Below are positions 1 through 29,246 of a stretch of DNA of 64,000 nt, piece by piece; within the stretch, counting starts at the first letter, position 1; each line of letters starts with the position of its first letter. The position numbers were made by a program, and so were the translations under genes. The notes below the pieces were generated by a model. It saw only the letters and a list, made by a program, of their open reading frames with translations, ran no database searches and was not told where the DNA came from. The stretch lies in contig OZ176053.1 of assembly GCA_964247055.1 (NCBI GenBank), positions 11,036,001 to 11,100,000 on the forward strand, written 5' to 3'. This stretch comes from Paragordius varius (taxonomy: Eukaryota; Animalia; Nematomorpha).

Positions 1-560
1 CCGGAATCAGATCACAAAGCTACATGACGGGTCAGTTTTTCGCGGTTAGCTCCTTACCCAGCAGCTATCATCAAAGAAACGCTTGACTAAATTTTTTTGC
101 CTTTTAACAGAAAATACGTGGAATCCTTATTGAATTTTACGGTCTCATACCTTGGGCGGAAAATAGAATCAAAAAATTATTTTTGTGGACTTATTTTTTT
201 TAAAAAAATGCCATTTTACGGGAGGAGCGGGTAAAAGAGGGCCTAAATTAAAAAAGCTAGCCGACTATGTTCGGCGCAATCGAAAATAAGTAAATAAAAA
301 TCATATTTGAAATTGAATGGTCCAACACCTTCTCAGGAAAATTGTCTCAAAGACACGATTTTTGTGGACTTTTATTTTCAATAAAACCGTTTTGTACACG
401 GGTGGGCCCGAACTGGGGGTGCAATTCAAAAAAGGGCAAAGCTATTGTCGGGGCATTTATTAGTGATTATATTTTTTCGATATTTGGATTTGAATGGGTC
501 CACCGGTTTTCCGGGAACAGATCACAAAGCCAGCTTTTTCCATTTTTATAAATATATAGA
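1..560 (-). mobile_element. Non-autonomous Helitron-like element, 5' portion (3' end outside the window)
   Basis: About 25-560 is a diverged direct repeat of about 2597-3079. On the minus strand it starts a|TCTATATATTTATAAAAATG, a Helitron-type 5' TC end preceded by A. Confidence 0.7.
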
Positions 561-1127
561 TTTCACATGCTATAAATAATGTAAAATATAATATAAATAT
601 GATTAAATATATTGTTTAAACCTATTCTCCAGGTGAATATGTTAGTAGTCCTATCCCCTCTTAAATCGGGGAATTTTTTTCCAAATTCTTTTGGCGGCAT
701 TAGCAGATCCCGTTTCCAGCTCTTGCTACTTTTAATTCGGTTTTTGTTTCATCATCTAAAGCTTTAAAAGGGATACTTTCTTATTTCTGCAACCAATTAT
801 TTAATGTGTTAAGCAGGTCTTGAACGTTATATTAGGCATTCCTCATACCAACATCAACATCTTTATTGGTGTTGAAAATTGGAATATTGTTGTAGGATTA
901 TATAAATTTAATAGTGTTTTAAATAATTCTGAAATACAAGGTTGGATTAATATCTTTTTTTTGTTTTGCCAAACCAGTGGCACCAACTTAGTTTTAAAAC
1001 TTACGTATTTACCTATAGAATTAGCCATAAAGTTACAGTAATTTATATAAAAAAATAGTTTTAGATGATCATCCAAAAAATATAATATATACCCAATCTA
1101 ATCAAAAATGAGAATTTTTATATAGTA

Positions 1128-3079
1128 CTAGCGTAAATCTCTGGCTGCTCAGCCCAAGGAAATCCTTCGGACTTCTTGGGGGAAGGAGCAAATTTTTTTG
1201 CCTTTATACGCGATCTGCACTCTTAATCAATTTATTATCTCATAATTTTGGTGATAGCCTCAAAAACATATTGTTGAGCGAATTTAATAGTATAAAGGCC
1301 CCAAGCACACCAAATTTTAACAATCTTAACAAAAAAATATTTATTCATCAATGACTTATAAAAAAACTTAAGCACTTATTGGGTGAATCGTGCAAAATAT
1401 TTTCATCGGGTGTGGCTTCTTAAGTTTTTTGAAAATTAGGTCCAAAACCACGCCATTTTTGTATGGTGTCTCAGTTTTAAACCGGTAGACCCCTACCATA
1501 GACCTATATAGAAAAAGCGCTGAGTTAAATTTTTTGCCTTTAGATGAAATATTTGGGATTCTCTTTGATATTATCGTCTCATGTGTTATTCAAAAAAATA
1601 CCTCAAAACAAAGTTATCGTTATTGATGGTGTATTTTTAGGGCATAAGGGTTTCAAAATAACGGCTAATAAAAAAAACCCCACCATCTTTGCCTAGTTAC
1701 GGGTAAAATTTCAAGCTTTTATTGAGCTCATATGGCTCCATAAAATTCCCTAAATTAACTCCAAAACAACGCAATTGCTATATAGTGCGCAGTTTTTGGC
1801 TGGTAGCTCCTTACCCAGGGGCAGGTAAAAAGCGTTGGGCAAACTTTTTGCCTTTATATGGGGAATATCTGGAATTATCATAAATTCCAAATGTTTCTAT
1901 TAAAATCATAAGTTTTCTGAAATTTGGCTCCAAAGGCATGCTGCATCGATATGATGACGCAGTTTTTAACAGGTAGCTCCCTACCCAGAGGCCAATATAA
2001 AAAAGAGGTTCGATAAAAAATTTTGCCTTATAGGGGAAATCATAATTCATTCCATATGTTCTTAATAGTTTTTAGAAGAATGGCTTCAAAGCTAAATAAT
2101 AGTTCAATGATAGCGCATTTTTAGGGCGTAAAGGGCCTATTTAACCACTAATTTAAAAAATCCGCTTGACTAAAATTTTTGCCTTTTTACGGTTAATATT
2201 TCAGGCCCATATTAAACTTGTGTGGCCTGATAAGTTTTCCGAAAAAAAACTCCTAAAAGACGCAATTTCGATGGCGCAGTTTTAGACGGGTAGCTCCCTA
2301 CCCAGAGGCTGATACAAAAAAAGCGTTTGATTAAAATTTTGCCTTTTTACCGCGAATACCTGGAATCATGATTGATTCCATATGCTCTCATTAGTTTTTG
2401 GAAAAATTGCCTCAAAACTAAAATATCATTCTATGGTGACGCATTTTTCAGGGCGTGAAGGGCCTAATTAACGGCTAATTTTAAAAAGCCACACGACCAA
2501 AATTTTTCCTTTTTACGGATAATATTTTAAGCACGGATTAATATCAATGGCCTGATAGGTTTTCTGAAATTTAGCCCCAAAGGCACGCTATTTCGATATG
2601 ACGGATCAGTTTTTAGCGGGTATCTCTTTACCCAGCAGCTATCATCGCTTGACTAAAATTTTTGCCTTTTACGGTCTCAAACCTTGGGCGAAGATTCAAA
2701 AAATTATTTTTGTGGACTCTTTTGAAAAAAATGGTATTTTACGGTGGGAGCAGGTAAAAAGAGGGCTTAAATTAAAAAAGCGAGCCAACTATGTTCGGCG
2801 CAATCGAAAAAAATTAAAAAAAATCCTATTTGAAATCGAATGCTTCAACACGTGTCCCGGAAAATTGTCTCAAAGACACGATTTTTGTGGACTTTTATTT
2901 CAAAAAAACCCGTTTTTTCACGGGGCGGGCCCGAACTGGGGACCTAATTCGAAAAAAGGGCGAAGCTATTGTCGGATTCATTAATGAATATATTTTTTCG
3001 ATATTTTGGATTCGAATGGGTCTACCGGTTTTCCGGAAACAGATCATAAAGCCACCACCCATTTTTATAAATATATAGA
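1128..3079 (-). mobile_element. Complete non-autonomous Helitron with an internal degenerate tandem array
   Basis: Minus-strand 5' TC at 3079-3078 and 3' CTAG at 1131-1128, inserted between A and T. A GGCTG-nn-CAGCC hairpin (1143-1154) lies 11 nt from the CTAG. Internal ~160/320-bp repeats carry the motifs aaaattttgccttt and cgcagtttt..ggtagctcc.tacccag. No Rep/Hel ORF. Confidence 0.8.
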
Positions 3080-3207
3080 TTTCGTCACGCCATCGAACAT
3101 TAATAGATAATTTTAACTAGATATTTTAAATTAGGAAATTTTATCCTATATATTTTTGAGATCCTAAATTTTTCATTTTTAAAATCGATTATCCTCGATT
3201 TCGATAT

Positions 3208-3472
3208 ACCATTTACAGGTCAAATTCACCCTTGAACAATTCGAATTCACGCTCGAACAATTCAAACTCAACCTAAAATTGTTTTTTAAGATTAATCACA
3301 TATATTTTTTATATTTATAAATATGAACCATAAATATTTTATAATAATGATGAGTTATATTTGCCCGAAAACATTTAATATATTTTTAGGGTGAAGAATT
3401 ATTCAAGGGTGAATTTGAATTGTTAGAGGGTAAATTAGAATCCTTTAGGGGTGAAGTTGAATTATAAATTGT
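3208..3472. mobile_element. MITE/foldback element, ATAT-ACCATTT family (degenerate right end)
   Basis: Starts atat|ACCATTTACAGGTCAAATTCACCCTTGAA. 21-bp subterminal units (aattcacccttgaacaattcg) recur in inverted orientation at about 3390-3470. Confidence 0.55.
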
Positions 3473-6400
3473 GCACATAATGATAAGCTTTATTGTTACG
3501 ACGATTTATTTCCTGTATTTTAAGCTCACCAACACTAAACCTGGTTTTAGGATACCAGTTTCAAACAATAGTTTACTTTATGATTTTATATCATTAATAA
3601 TCTTAATTTGTGAATCTTTGGTGCGATTAATATTTCTAAGAAAACAAATGATATACATGTAAAAATTAAAAATTGATAATTAAATTGCGCGCATTCGGAA
3701 CATAGTTATATATGATCATATATATATATATATATATAATATATATTCCATTCTAGTACAATACTATTATTTAAGGTAGAGTTTAATTAATACATTTATT
3801 TTCGCAAGACTTAAACAACAAGTCAAATTTATCAATTATTTCTTAATTGTTATATTCCCGAAAATATATTTAATTTGTATAAAGTAATAATTATCCATAA
3901 ATATTTCGCTTCTTTCGCAGAGTGTAACGAAGCCAAGGGTTGAAACTAAAAAACAACGATTTTAAAAGCCATGAACGTATTAATTATATCATTGAAAATC
4001 AGAAATAACTATTATTAATACATGTTGAATCGGAGCATAACTATTTTCTCTACAATTATTGGTTAAGATAACAAAAATGTTATCTTCATTATAGTTTTAG
4101 GAAGAACCAGCGAATCTGGCTATTATAACGGTAAAAAAGTGTATTATTTTAATTTTTTTGATCAATTTTAAGGTGTATTTTTAATATTTAAATAATAATG
4201 ATATCGAGGATAAACTTTCCATTTTTTTTTACAACAATTATTTCCAACAATTTTAATTACGAGCTTTCAACCGTTGTTTTTTACATTAAGGAGAATTTAA
4301 TATTAAATATAATAAAAGCAGAAAAAATGTATGAAAAAATCAGTTATATTTTAGCAGATAAAATGGTATGTCAATCGTGCAAAAAAGCCACAAGGGTCCT
4401 CTCGCTCAAAAAAAGTACAAAGCGGTCCATTCATAAAATAGTTGGCATGAAAAAACGTTTGACTGAATGGCTGTTATTGCAAATTAAAAATGGTAAAATA
4501 GAATTACACGGTTTCTAAATTCGTTTCAACGGTTTTTGGAAATTATTTTCGGTTTCAAAACTGTGTGAAAAGAGGGATGTTCAACACGAGGCTTTATCCG
4601 ACATTTTGTACTGCTCGCGGAAATTAAAAATTATATAATTTGCAAAAATATTTTTTTAGCACTTCATTACCTTTTGGGGTAATTTTATAACCCAGAGAGA
4701 TTTGAAATGTGAATATCTAATAAAGTATTTATATTATAAAGCCGCATTTAAAAATATGCTTAATTTAACCTTTTAGGCGCATTATACAAATAAATTTTTT
4801 CAGAAAAATGTAAATATATAACAATCCTCATCTCAATTTTGCCATCATTTTTTTTCCATATAATGCAACAGAAATGTATATTTATGGCTAGAAATGTATA
4901 TAATTAACTTTAAAAGCTTTCAGGCTACATTTTACCCAAAATTGATATATATTGATAATATCAGCCGTTAGTTTCAATCGTGTTTTGAACCTGTCCCAAT
5001 TTTAAACTCTAAAATCACAAAACTGTATAAGCTTTTTTGTATGATTCATGAGAAAATTGTTTGATAATTATTTTAACTAAAATGACTCTACTGTAGTTTA
5101 TTTACAAAATTTAGTACTGGAGACATAAAAATACCCTAATAAGTAAACTAGGACAAAAAGTGAAAAGGGAGTGAAGTGATAACCACTCCTTTATATTTTC
5201 TTTAAATTACTTGAATCAAGAAAATTGATATTATTTACATATTATTGCTTTGGTAAAGGGTTATAAATATAAGCCGTTAAATATTTTATAAATTAGGTTT
5301 TGTAGAGTATTACCGGTTCTTGTTATTAAAAGGTGGGCCGTAAAGCCATCATAACAATCCTGATATCTACATATATTGTATTAGACGCTTATCTTAAAGT
5401 AAATTTTTATCAAATCCAATAACTAACAAATCCAATAACTCGGACACTCTATTTGTTATTTGTTAAAGTCTTGATTTTACACAAAATACATAATACTTTT
5501 TATTTTATAATTGTTTCTAACGAGAAAAAAACTGATTTTTCACCTTTGTAAATTTTTAAACGATTTATAATACCTTGATATATGATGTGTTTTTGTGTTT
5601 GTATAATTACTTACGTAAATTGCAATCTATTATATTAAAACGAAAATCGATAATATTACAGAGAAGGAAGACAGGAAGGATAATGGTTCATCCAAAAAAT
5701 AAACAAATAATAATAATAAGAAGAATAGATACTGAAAGCAAGCAAAGGTAAAATCTAAAAAAAATTTTTAATTGCACATATACACACCTCACTGCATCAT
5801 TTATCTGATATTCGTCTTATTGTGTTGTCTTAAAATATTATGTGTATGTGAGATTTTTTTTAAAAAAAAGCAAAGTAAAATTAGATTTTTACCTGGATGA
5901 AATGTTATATCCTGATTTATTAATTAATTTCATAAATGATTATGGTCAATATTTTATGCCTTTATTTATATAAAAAAATTTCTTTAAAAAAATGGGATTT
6001 TTTCAATAATTATGATATAACTAACTGCTTTCTATCTAAATAATTTTTGTAAATTTGCCCAAACTACCAATGGTAAATACAAAAATTATTGATTTTTGTC
6101 GGCACACTCTTTGATTTTTTAGTCTAATTATTACGCTTTTTCTTACCTGTGAAATTCTAAATCTAATAAAATTAATGTAAAGTAATGTGACTGTCTGGTT
6201 ATTATTTAGGTATGTTGTTATTTTCAATTTTTTATTGAGTTATTACAATAGCCAACCAATAAAAATTGGATAAAGTCATTTAATTATATGATGATATTAT
6301 TTTGTGTTGTTTTGGAATAAAAACACAGTTGTAAATGTGATTTAAAAGCTGTTTTTGTATTTTAAAGTAGATTTCCAAAGGTATAAAAATTTATATTGGA

Positions 6401-7369
6401 TTCCTGGAATTATTTAGAATTAGCGTTTTTTTATCGTAAGTATGTATCTTTAAATGCCAGCCAGTTCTGGATTAGATTATAAAAATGGACAAGGTGAAAC
6501 CATTTTTTAAATCTAAATATTTTTTGCTATTTTATGGTACAAATTATTTTATAAGTAAAGGGAAAATATGCCGTCAGCCAGGTTTTTGAATCAGTTATAA
6601 ATTTCACTTTTCCTTGGATAATTTACGCGGCTCAAGGGTCGTCCGAAATGGAAAATCATTGTTTTTTAAGAAAGCTACGAGTCACTTATTAGTTGACTGG
6701 ATTCTAATACATAATTTAATAATTCATTTAACAGGCATATTTTGTTCATACAATAAGCCCCCTTCTTACTTTAGTTATTACACAAATGTAAACCTTAATT
6801 ATATGTATATTATATATAGCAAAAAAAGATTTGCTTACTCTACTTATTAAAATTATCAATGTCACGAATGCGCCAATTATTTTAAGAAAAGGAAGGTAAA
6901 AAAGGCAACACAAAATTCTACATAAAGGAATTACGACGAATTTGTCAGATAGAAAAAAGGAGCAAAGGAGAAAACGAGAGAAAGAGAGAGATAAATATAG
7001 GAAAAATGGATATATTAATTTTTTTGCTGAAAACAACAAAATTCCATAATAAATTACCCTCTACCTAGTTTTAATTATCATTTATATTTTAACACCTTAA
7101 ACTTCATTATAAAATAATCTCATATTTGAACGGGTCTTGCTTGCCTTTTATTTTGAAATTAATTTATGAGGGATAACTACTAGTATGTCATAATAAAAAC
7201 TAGAATTTTACCTCTAAATTGCATATTCTTACTCTCAATGGATAATGGTTTGGTTTAAAAGCACATCATTAATATCCTATTTAATACATTTCCTTTTAAG
7301 ATTGAAATAAAAAAGGAAAAACTAAATAAAACATTGACTGGCTCTCATCTTTTTTATCCATCGCTTTTA

Positions 7370-22123
<14,754 letters not shown>

Positions 22124-23151
22124 ACTTACAAAATATATATACATCTATAATGCTAAAATGCTACGGTTTAAAGAAATCTCTAATACTCTCTCTCTGTCTT
22201 TAACCCCATATGCGCGGTGCAATACAAACGAAATAAAGTGCAATATTATCATCATGTATCTTATTTTATACCTAAATATTCATTCATTAATTGTTATGTT
22301 AAATTTTAACAAAAGGGCAAAATATCCCATAGAGAGTGTAAGTTAAAATAATAATTTGAAAATGTATTCATTGATAAAATATTATTTACACACAAACATT
22401 ATAATACTGTTTATTCATTGTTTGAAGACCCAAAAGTAACGCAAAAATTGGCCATGTGATAAATGAATATTGACTAATCATTATACTCATATACAAATAA
22501 ATGTCACTTATTAAAAGAAAAGAGGGGCGTAAAAAATAAAGGTATTGTATATTTATGATTCGATAAATACAATCAGTAAAAAATATATTAAAATTTAAAG
22601 TTAAATTATATAATAATGAATTCAATTACTTATAGTAATTAAAAAGATGCATTTTTTCTAATAAGGTCACTATCAGAGAGGGAAGCAGCTACATTTTCGG
22701 AATAGCTTTTGAAAATTCCTGTAATTAATTAAATCGAACTTGCTTTGAACTAAAATTAATTGTAGTTATTTGGTAAAATCTTTAATTCTTATTAAAAACA
22801 TTGATATCATATATACGGAAAATACCATATAACATTAGAAATTACATAACTCACACAGGAATATATTACCATTAATTTATTCAAATATAAATATGTGTGA
22901 AGATCATATAAAGAGGATATAGATAGAGAGATATATGGTTATAATAACATCATTACAATATAAATATAAACAAGTTTTTTTAGCAAATTTATGTATTTAC
23001 AACAATTATCATATATTTCACTAATATATATTTTCACAAATCAATCATTTCTTTTTTGGTGGAATTCAAATTTGGAAGTGTTTGATATAATATCTATTAA
23101 ATTAATGGCCCTGTATCATATGCACACACAGATATAAATATCGATCAATTA

Positions 23152-25066
23152 TTATTGCATTTCACGTTTTCTTAGCGCTGAAGTTAAATCATCACGGAGT
23201 GCGTCTTTTTCCTTTTCACTGCCAATCGGATTGACTGAACGTAAAGAATTTACGATATCCATAGTTTTACCAAAGTACACTTCATTAAGGGTGTTACGAA
23301 TTTTATTTTCCATTTCCTATAACATACATATATGATAGGATTTATTTTAAAATAAGAAAAAAATAACCATTTCAATGCAGTAAAAATTGAGTTAACCGTA
23401 AATAGCAATTTTAATGTCTAGAGTTGTCAAATTTAAAAATTCATTAAAAACTACATCATAAAAGTTAATAGAAATAGTAATATAATAATATATTCACAAA
23501 TAAATGGACATTCGTTACATTTGCAAAAGCTTTTTAACTAAAAATATAGAGTTTGCTTTTCTCATTATACAGTTATTTTTTGATTTTGTATATTTTCAAA
23601 ATTATAAATTTAAAAAAAAATTATAACAGATAATAGCTAATTAAAAAAGGATTACTTCAATCATTTTCCCCATATTAACTATATGATGATTAAACTCAGG
23701 AACGGGTGCATCGTTTTCCATCTAAATATATTAAAAAAACGCTTTAAAATGTTATTATCGATAATTTGACAAACTATTTAATGTCACATTGAATTAAATC
23801 ATTAAAAATATAAATATATTTAAATTTATACCTTAATTAATCAATTAGTAAATAAATATATTGTTGTGAGAAAAATATTTTACAACGAAAAAAAAAGAAT
23901 GCACTTTATCAAATAATTTAATTACACTTAATATTAGAATTTTAGAGTATTGATATTATAAATCAAGAAAATATATAGGCATTAAGATCAAAATGAAAAT
24001 ATTTCGTATAATTCAAAAATCTTATAAATACACATTACTTACTTGTCGTGTTAAACTTCCCCCTAAAATAACGGTCCCGCTAATGGATTTATTTGTTTGT
24101 AGCCATAACATAACTGTCGAAGTTAATTTATATTTGGCTGTTTGAGATTTTGGTTTATCCTAAATTTACAGTAATAAAGTTTAAATAGATGACAAAAATG
24201 CAGGATAAAAATATAATCAATTAATGAGGTGTATTTTAAAAATTAAATTTGAAAATCATCAATCATAACATCTTACCTATGTAGCTAATATAACTAAGGA
24301 TTTAAAAAACAGCATATTATTAGGAACTTAAAATCCATTAACCTATATTAAACATAATTAAAATTAAGATCGAAAATATAATAAAACCAATTGACAGTCT
24401 TTTACTGTATTTTCGGCTATATAACTAACCTGAATTTCAATCACATGAATGGAATCCCAGCAGCCCATGTTTTGTTCATGATGAGAACCGGTTTTTTTGA
24501 TAAGAATCGCTCCAGCAAACAAGTTTTGAGACTCTAGCTCCCAAAGGTAAACTGATGAAATACCACCTTCAAAGTACCTATTGCAAATAAAATAGGTATA
24601 ATAAATAATATAAAAAAACATATCGTAAAGAAAATTTGGCAAAGATTTTACATTTCACGATAGGATTCAAAAGCTTGATTAGCTGAAATTTCTAGTTGTC
24701 GCAATTTATCAGTAGGAATCGTACCTTCTGACAAAGGTGGGACGTAGGTATTTGACCACGGGGACCTTGATTATCATTAAATAAAATTAACTTATAATTT
24801 ATAAGTTTGGAATTAAACAAGATACAACCTGTAAGAATCGCCGTCTCTATTATAATCACATAATAAAAATTCTCTTCCATCAATAGGATCTTTAGCTATT
24901 TTAAGAGGTTGATCAACTGAGGACAATAAATCTTCGCACATATGAGGGACCTTAATAATAAACACTTAAATTATACCAAATCTATCAAATCTGATAAATT
25001 TTTTTCAACTTGTTGCGGAGGCAAACGCCTCATAAGATCCAACGCAGATTCTAATTGTCGATCCAT
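23152..25066 (-). CDS. CAPZB: F-actin capping protein subunit beta
   Basis: Exons 25066-24977, 24950-24829, 24765-24652, 24577-24430, 24159-24043, 23721-23656, 23316-23152. They give [113 protein letters not shown]. First intron is 26 nt. Confidence 0.97.
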
Positions 25067-27191
25067 GGGGATCTAACCTCTGAACATTTGCTTATGTGAA
25101 TCTAACATAACACTCCATTAGTTAAAATTGGCTTAATCAAAAAGAAATTAACACTTCCAGACCTTTTGGGAGGTTTTATATCCCAAAGCTATTTAAAATT
25201 TAAATATCTTATTAGGATTTGACGAATTTGTTAGCAGCCGTTTTAGACTTTTAGCCGAAATTATATTTAAATAATGTAAAATTGTAAAAAAATCTATCGC
25301 AAACCTTTTCGCCATTAGTAATTTTTTTATATCGCTAATACAATAATTAAATAAAGGAATATAGCTAGAAAATGTAAATAATTTACTTTAGGTGGTTTTT
25401 ACCATCAGAAAATGATATTTTTTTATTATCATACCAGCGGTTTAGTTTGATCGGGTTTTGGAGCTGTATCAATTTTAGACTATATAAACAAAACAAAAAT
25501 TATAATCCATATTAATACGGGACCAATGTTTAATGATTAATTTTAACAAAAATAATTTTTTTAAACAGGGGTCTATCGAGCTATCGGGTATAAACTACTC
25601 ATGCTTGCCATAAATATTTGGTAAAAAAATTATTTTAAGTAAAGAATTACAGTATAATATAATTTTGGATTTGATAAGGTAATTTATCATCACTATATGA
25701 CATATTAACGCAAAATTTTTACATTTTTTGAAATGACCTTTCCTGTAAGAATATTCTTCATAACGGTACAGAAATTAATCGGTTATTTTTTCTCTCGGAC
25801 TGCAAAATTACATAAATGATGATAAGTTTTATTTGCAATATTGTTTAGATATTTATTATAAGGGACGGTAACATTCAAGTGCAACAAGACGGTATACATT
25901 ATCCTGATAAAATATCAGAATTTCTGTTCTTTTGTATTTGGGCCAGGTGATATCATAAAAACTATTACACTTTTATGGTAATTGCATATCAAATAATACC
26001 AAAACTTGTTTATGGTTTTATTCCAATAATTATCATTAATATTATATAAACTCTATATAAAAAGTAAAATAATTTTGGGATATTGTAAATTTAAAATGTG
26101 GTCTCCGAGAATTTAAAATTTTTGATCCGCTAAAAATGTGCGATTTTTTTAAACTATAAGGAAAAAATCCGTTTTCGGATGAATATAAAATATCTGCTAA
26201 ATCTTGATAAAAGAGGGTATCTTCCGAAAAAATGTATACAAATTTTTTTATATAAAATAAGTTTTATCGATTTTGAGAGTTAGTGAAATGGGGCAAAACA
26301 CTTAAAATATTATAAAAACACTTTTTCTTTATAATGAGTAAATGCTGAACCTCTTACCTTTCAGATTTTTGTTCAAAAATTTTGTTTGTCTACAAATTTG
26401 AGTTGTATAAGTTGTTCGAAAAATATTATTTTTCAGGTCAAATCCCTATAATCCATCTGATGTGATGGTTGTAATATCGAAAAAAAACTTCCTTTGTTAT
26501 CATAATTAAGATATATAAAAAGTCCACAAAAAATATCAGGAATACATATTTATATATACTGATAGCAAATTTTATCAGGATTATCATGGGGCTTTTGGTA
26601 GCTTTATGAATGATTTAAGAAATTTTTTAAATTTTCTGGTAAGTGCTCCACAACAGAAAATGGCAAATCTTCATTTTGCCAAATAAATTTTTTTGTGAAT
26701 GCCAAACGCTTTATTTTAAAAATATTAGTAATATATCAGAAACTGCATACTAAAAAATATTTTTCGAAAGTTTGGAATGTGGACTCCCAAAGCTCAAATT
26801 TTTTCTTCTAAAATGGCATGGTCTCCAAAAATAGAAGCTAAAATTCGATATTTTGTGATTTTTGGAAAAATGCATACTTTTGTTAATGGTTGATATTATG
26901 TTGTGACATCATAAAAACGGTAAAACACTTTAGGTATTGTGAAAACATATAATTAGATGAAACCCTTCAATCACCTCAAAATTGTAATTTAAAGTTTCGT
27001 TTACTTGAAATTCGGGTAAATTTTTGTAAAAAATCACAATATTTTATTCACAAAAGTTTTAATAAGACGAATAATATTATCAAGGGGATAACAATCAGCA
27101 TTCTCAAATTTAATATTTAAATATTTTAAACCACAATATGTCAACACTGACAATAAAGTGAGAAGATTCATGAATTTTGCTTATCAAGTTG

Positions 27192-29246
27192 TTTAAATAC
27201 TCACCAAAAAAATTTGACTGGCCAAATAAATATTTTTTTTTCGAGGGCCATGAACCTTATAATGGTAAAATTCCATAGCTATTTGACACATATGCACATA
27301 TAACTCTAAATGAGCACAATGAATTCGCGGATCACATGTAAATCCAGCTAAAAACTCGTTTTGCACCATTTAGTTTAAAAAATTAAAATATTTTGATAAC
27401 AATATTTATTTTATTAACCAGTAATTTTTGACAAATTTGGTTTTGTTTCATGACATGCCAATCTTAATACGTCGTCCATATGATCATTGATTGAGCGATT
27501 TCTGTATGTACTCTTAAAATAATTCATTTTTGAATATGCCGTCTCACACGTGTAATTTGAGGGAAAAACAGTTAGGATAATTTGAGCACATTTTTTATAT
27601 TTATTTAACATATCTTCCTAAAAACTCTACATACCTTTCTCTACAATTCTCCTTGAATATAGCCTTTAAATTGGAATCATTTTTAAAATATAAGAATTCC
27701 TCAATAATATGCGCCTGATCAAAACCAAAATGCTCAAGTTGCTTAATATTGGAATATCCATATGCCATGGATTTTAACGAGTTTTAAGCAATTTTTAATA
27801 TTTATAAATTATTGAAATCTGAATTTTATCCATTAGATAAAAATGTTAAATAATTGTCTATTATTAAATTAATCTCCGCCTTAAAATCCATATTTTCTGC
27901 ATAAATCGTTTTAAGTGTTAGAAAATATGTGACGGCGGTTGAATTCTCTGCCACGGATGTGGTTAAATATATCCACAACCGTTTCTTACTGAATTGAGTG
28001 TTTCATCTTTTACACGCCAAACCAAGTTTTCCTGATGAATAAAGCAATAAAAAGAATAAAATATTTTACAAATTATATTTGTTCAAAAGGGGAATAAATC
28101 ATTTGTTTATTCCAATCATAGAGGCACAGCCATCTGTGCAGATCGAAACCAATTTTTCATAGATATACCATTATTATCGAAAATAATTCAGGAAAATAAC
28201 TGACTTTCGTGGTATTATTTATTGGTAATTTTAAATATTCCTCGTTGATTATGTTGTCGTTACAAAATCTCACGAGAGGTGTTGAACAAATATCAGTGCT
28301 AGAATCAATAGCAATACTAAAATATTTGCAACTTTACGGAGCCAATAATATATTGTTAAAGATATATTGAGACATATCTTCAATGTTACAAGCACATGTT
28401 GATTGATTTGATCTTTATTATGGATTATCAAATAAAAAAGTGCAACCATTTATAAAACATTCTTTTATTATTTGGGACGGTTTCATATTATTCCTAAAAC
28501 ATAGCAAATTTAATACGAAGATGCAGCCTTTTCCTGCGAGAAAGCTATGGAAATAAAATATTTTTTTCTGCATTCCTTGTTTTTATATTTTTCATTTCTT
28601 CCCTCATAATTTTCTGGTTATAAGAATGATGGATAGTAAAATGTTTTCAATATTGTTTTATAATCCTTACATGTAAGGCAAGCATCAACTATTATTAAAA
28701 ACGACAAAGAATATTTCTTCCCATTCTTTTTTAAAGGAGCGATTTTCATCGGATAATTTACGTAGCATTAAATGTCATCCTTTTAATTTATATTTAAATA
28801 TTACGTAAATTTTTTCTAAAAAATAGGAGTATATGAATTATGCTATAAACAGGTCGAATGATGTTGATTTGAAAAATATTTTATGGGAATGAGTTATAAA
28901 AAATGATGCCGGATAGCAATGAAAAGAATATGTATATCCTAGTTTGGTGAAAGGCTTGCTTAAATAGAAAAAGGGATGCAAAAAAATTTCATAATAGAAA
29001 ACAAAATAAAATACAGAAACAGAAACGTGGCCCAAATTTTGAAACATTATAATGTGGGGATTTTCTACACTTAATATTGGGTAAAAAATAAAAATTATAT
29101 TAAGGAAAATAAATTATTATTAAAATAAGCGAAAATTCGTTGTGTATTTTAAAAATTCATTAATAAAAAATAATTTAAGTATCGATATGGTCATAGGGCA
29201 TTAAAGCACTCTTAGGGCCGCGCGGCCCGCGGTTTGAGTATTATTG
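27192..29246 (-). mobile_element. Second, more degraded copy of the SPIN-like hAT transposon
   Basis: Colinear with 11850-14034 (tactcaccaaaaaaatttgac.ggcc ... ggcccgcggtttgagtatt). Transposase fragment FPSNYTCETAYSKMNYFKSTYRNRSINDHMDDVLRL at 27414-27611. Left TIR eroded and no clear TSD. Confidence 0.85.

Noticed and set aside
3300-7330. Short ORFs upstream of the guanylyl cyclase (e.g. 4198-4518, 6746-7039)
   Set aside because: Low-complexity AT-biased translations with no motif or splice chain. No tRNA, rRNA or snRNA signature was seen here or elsewhere in the window.
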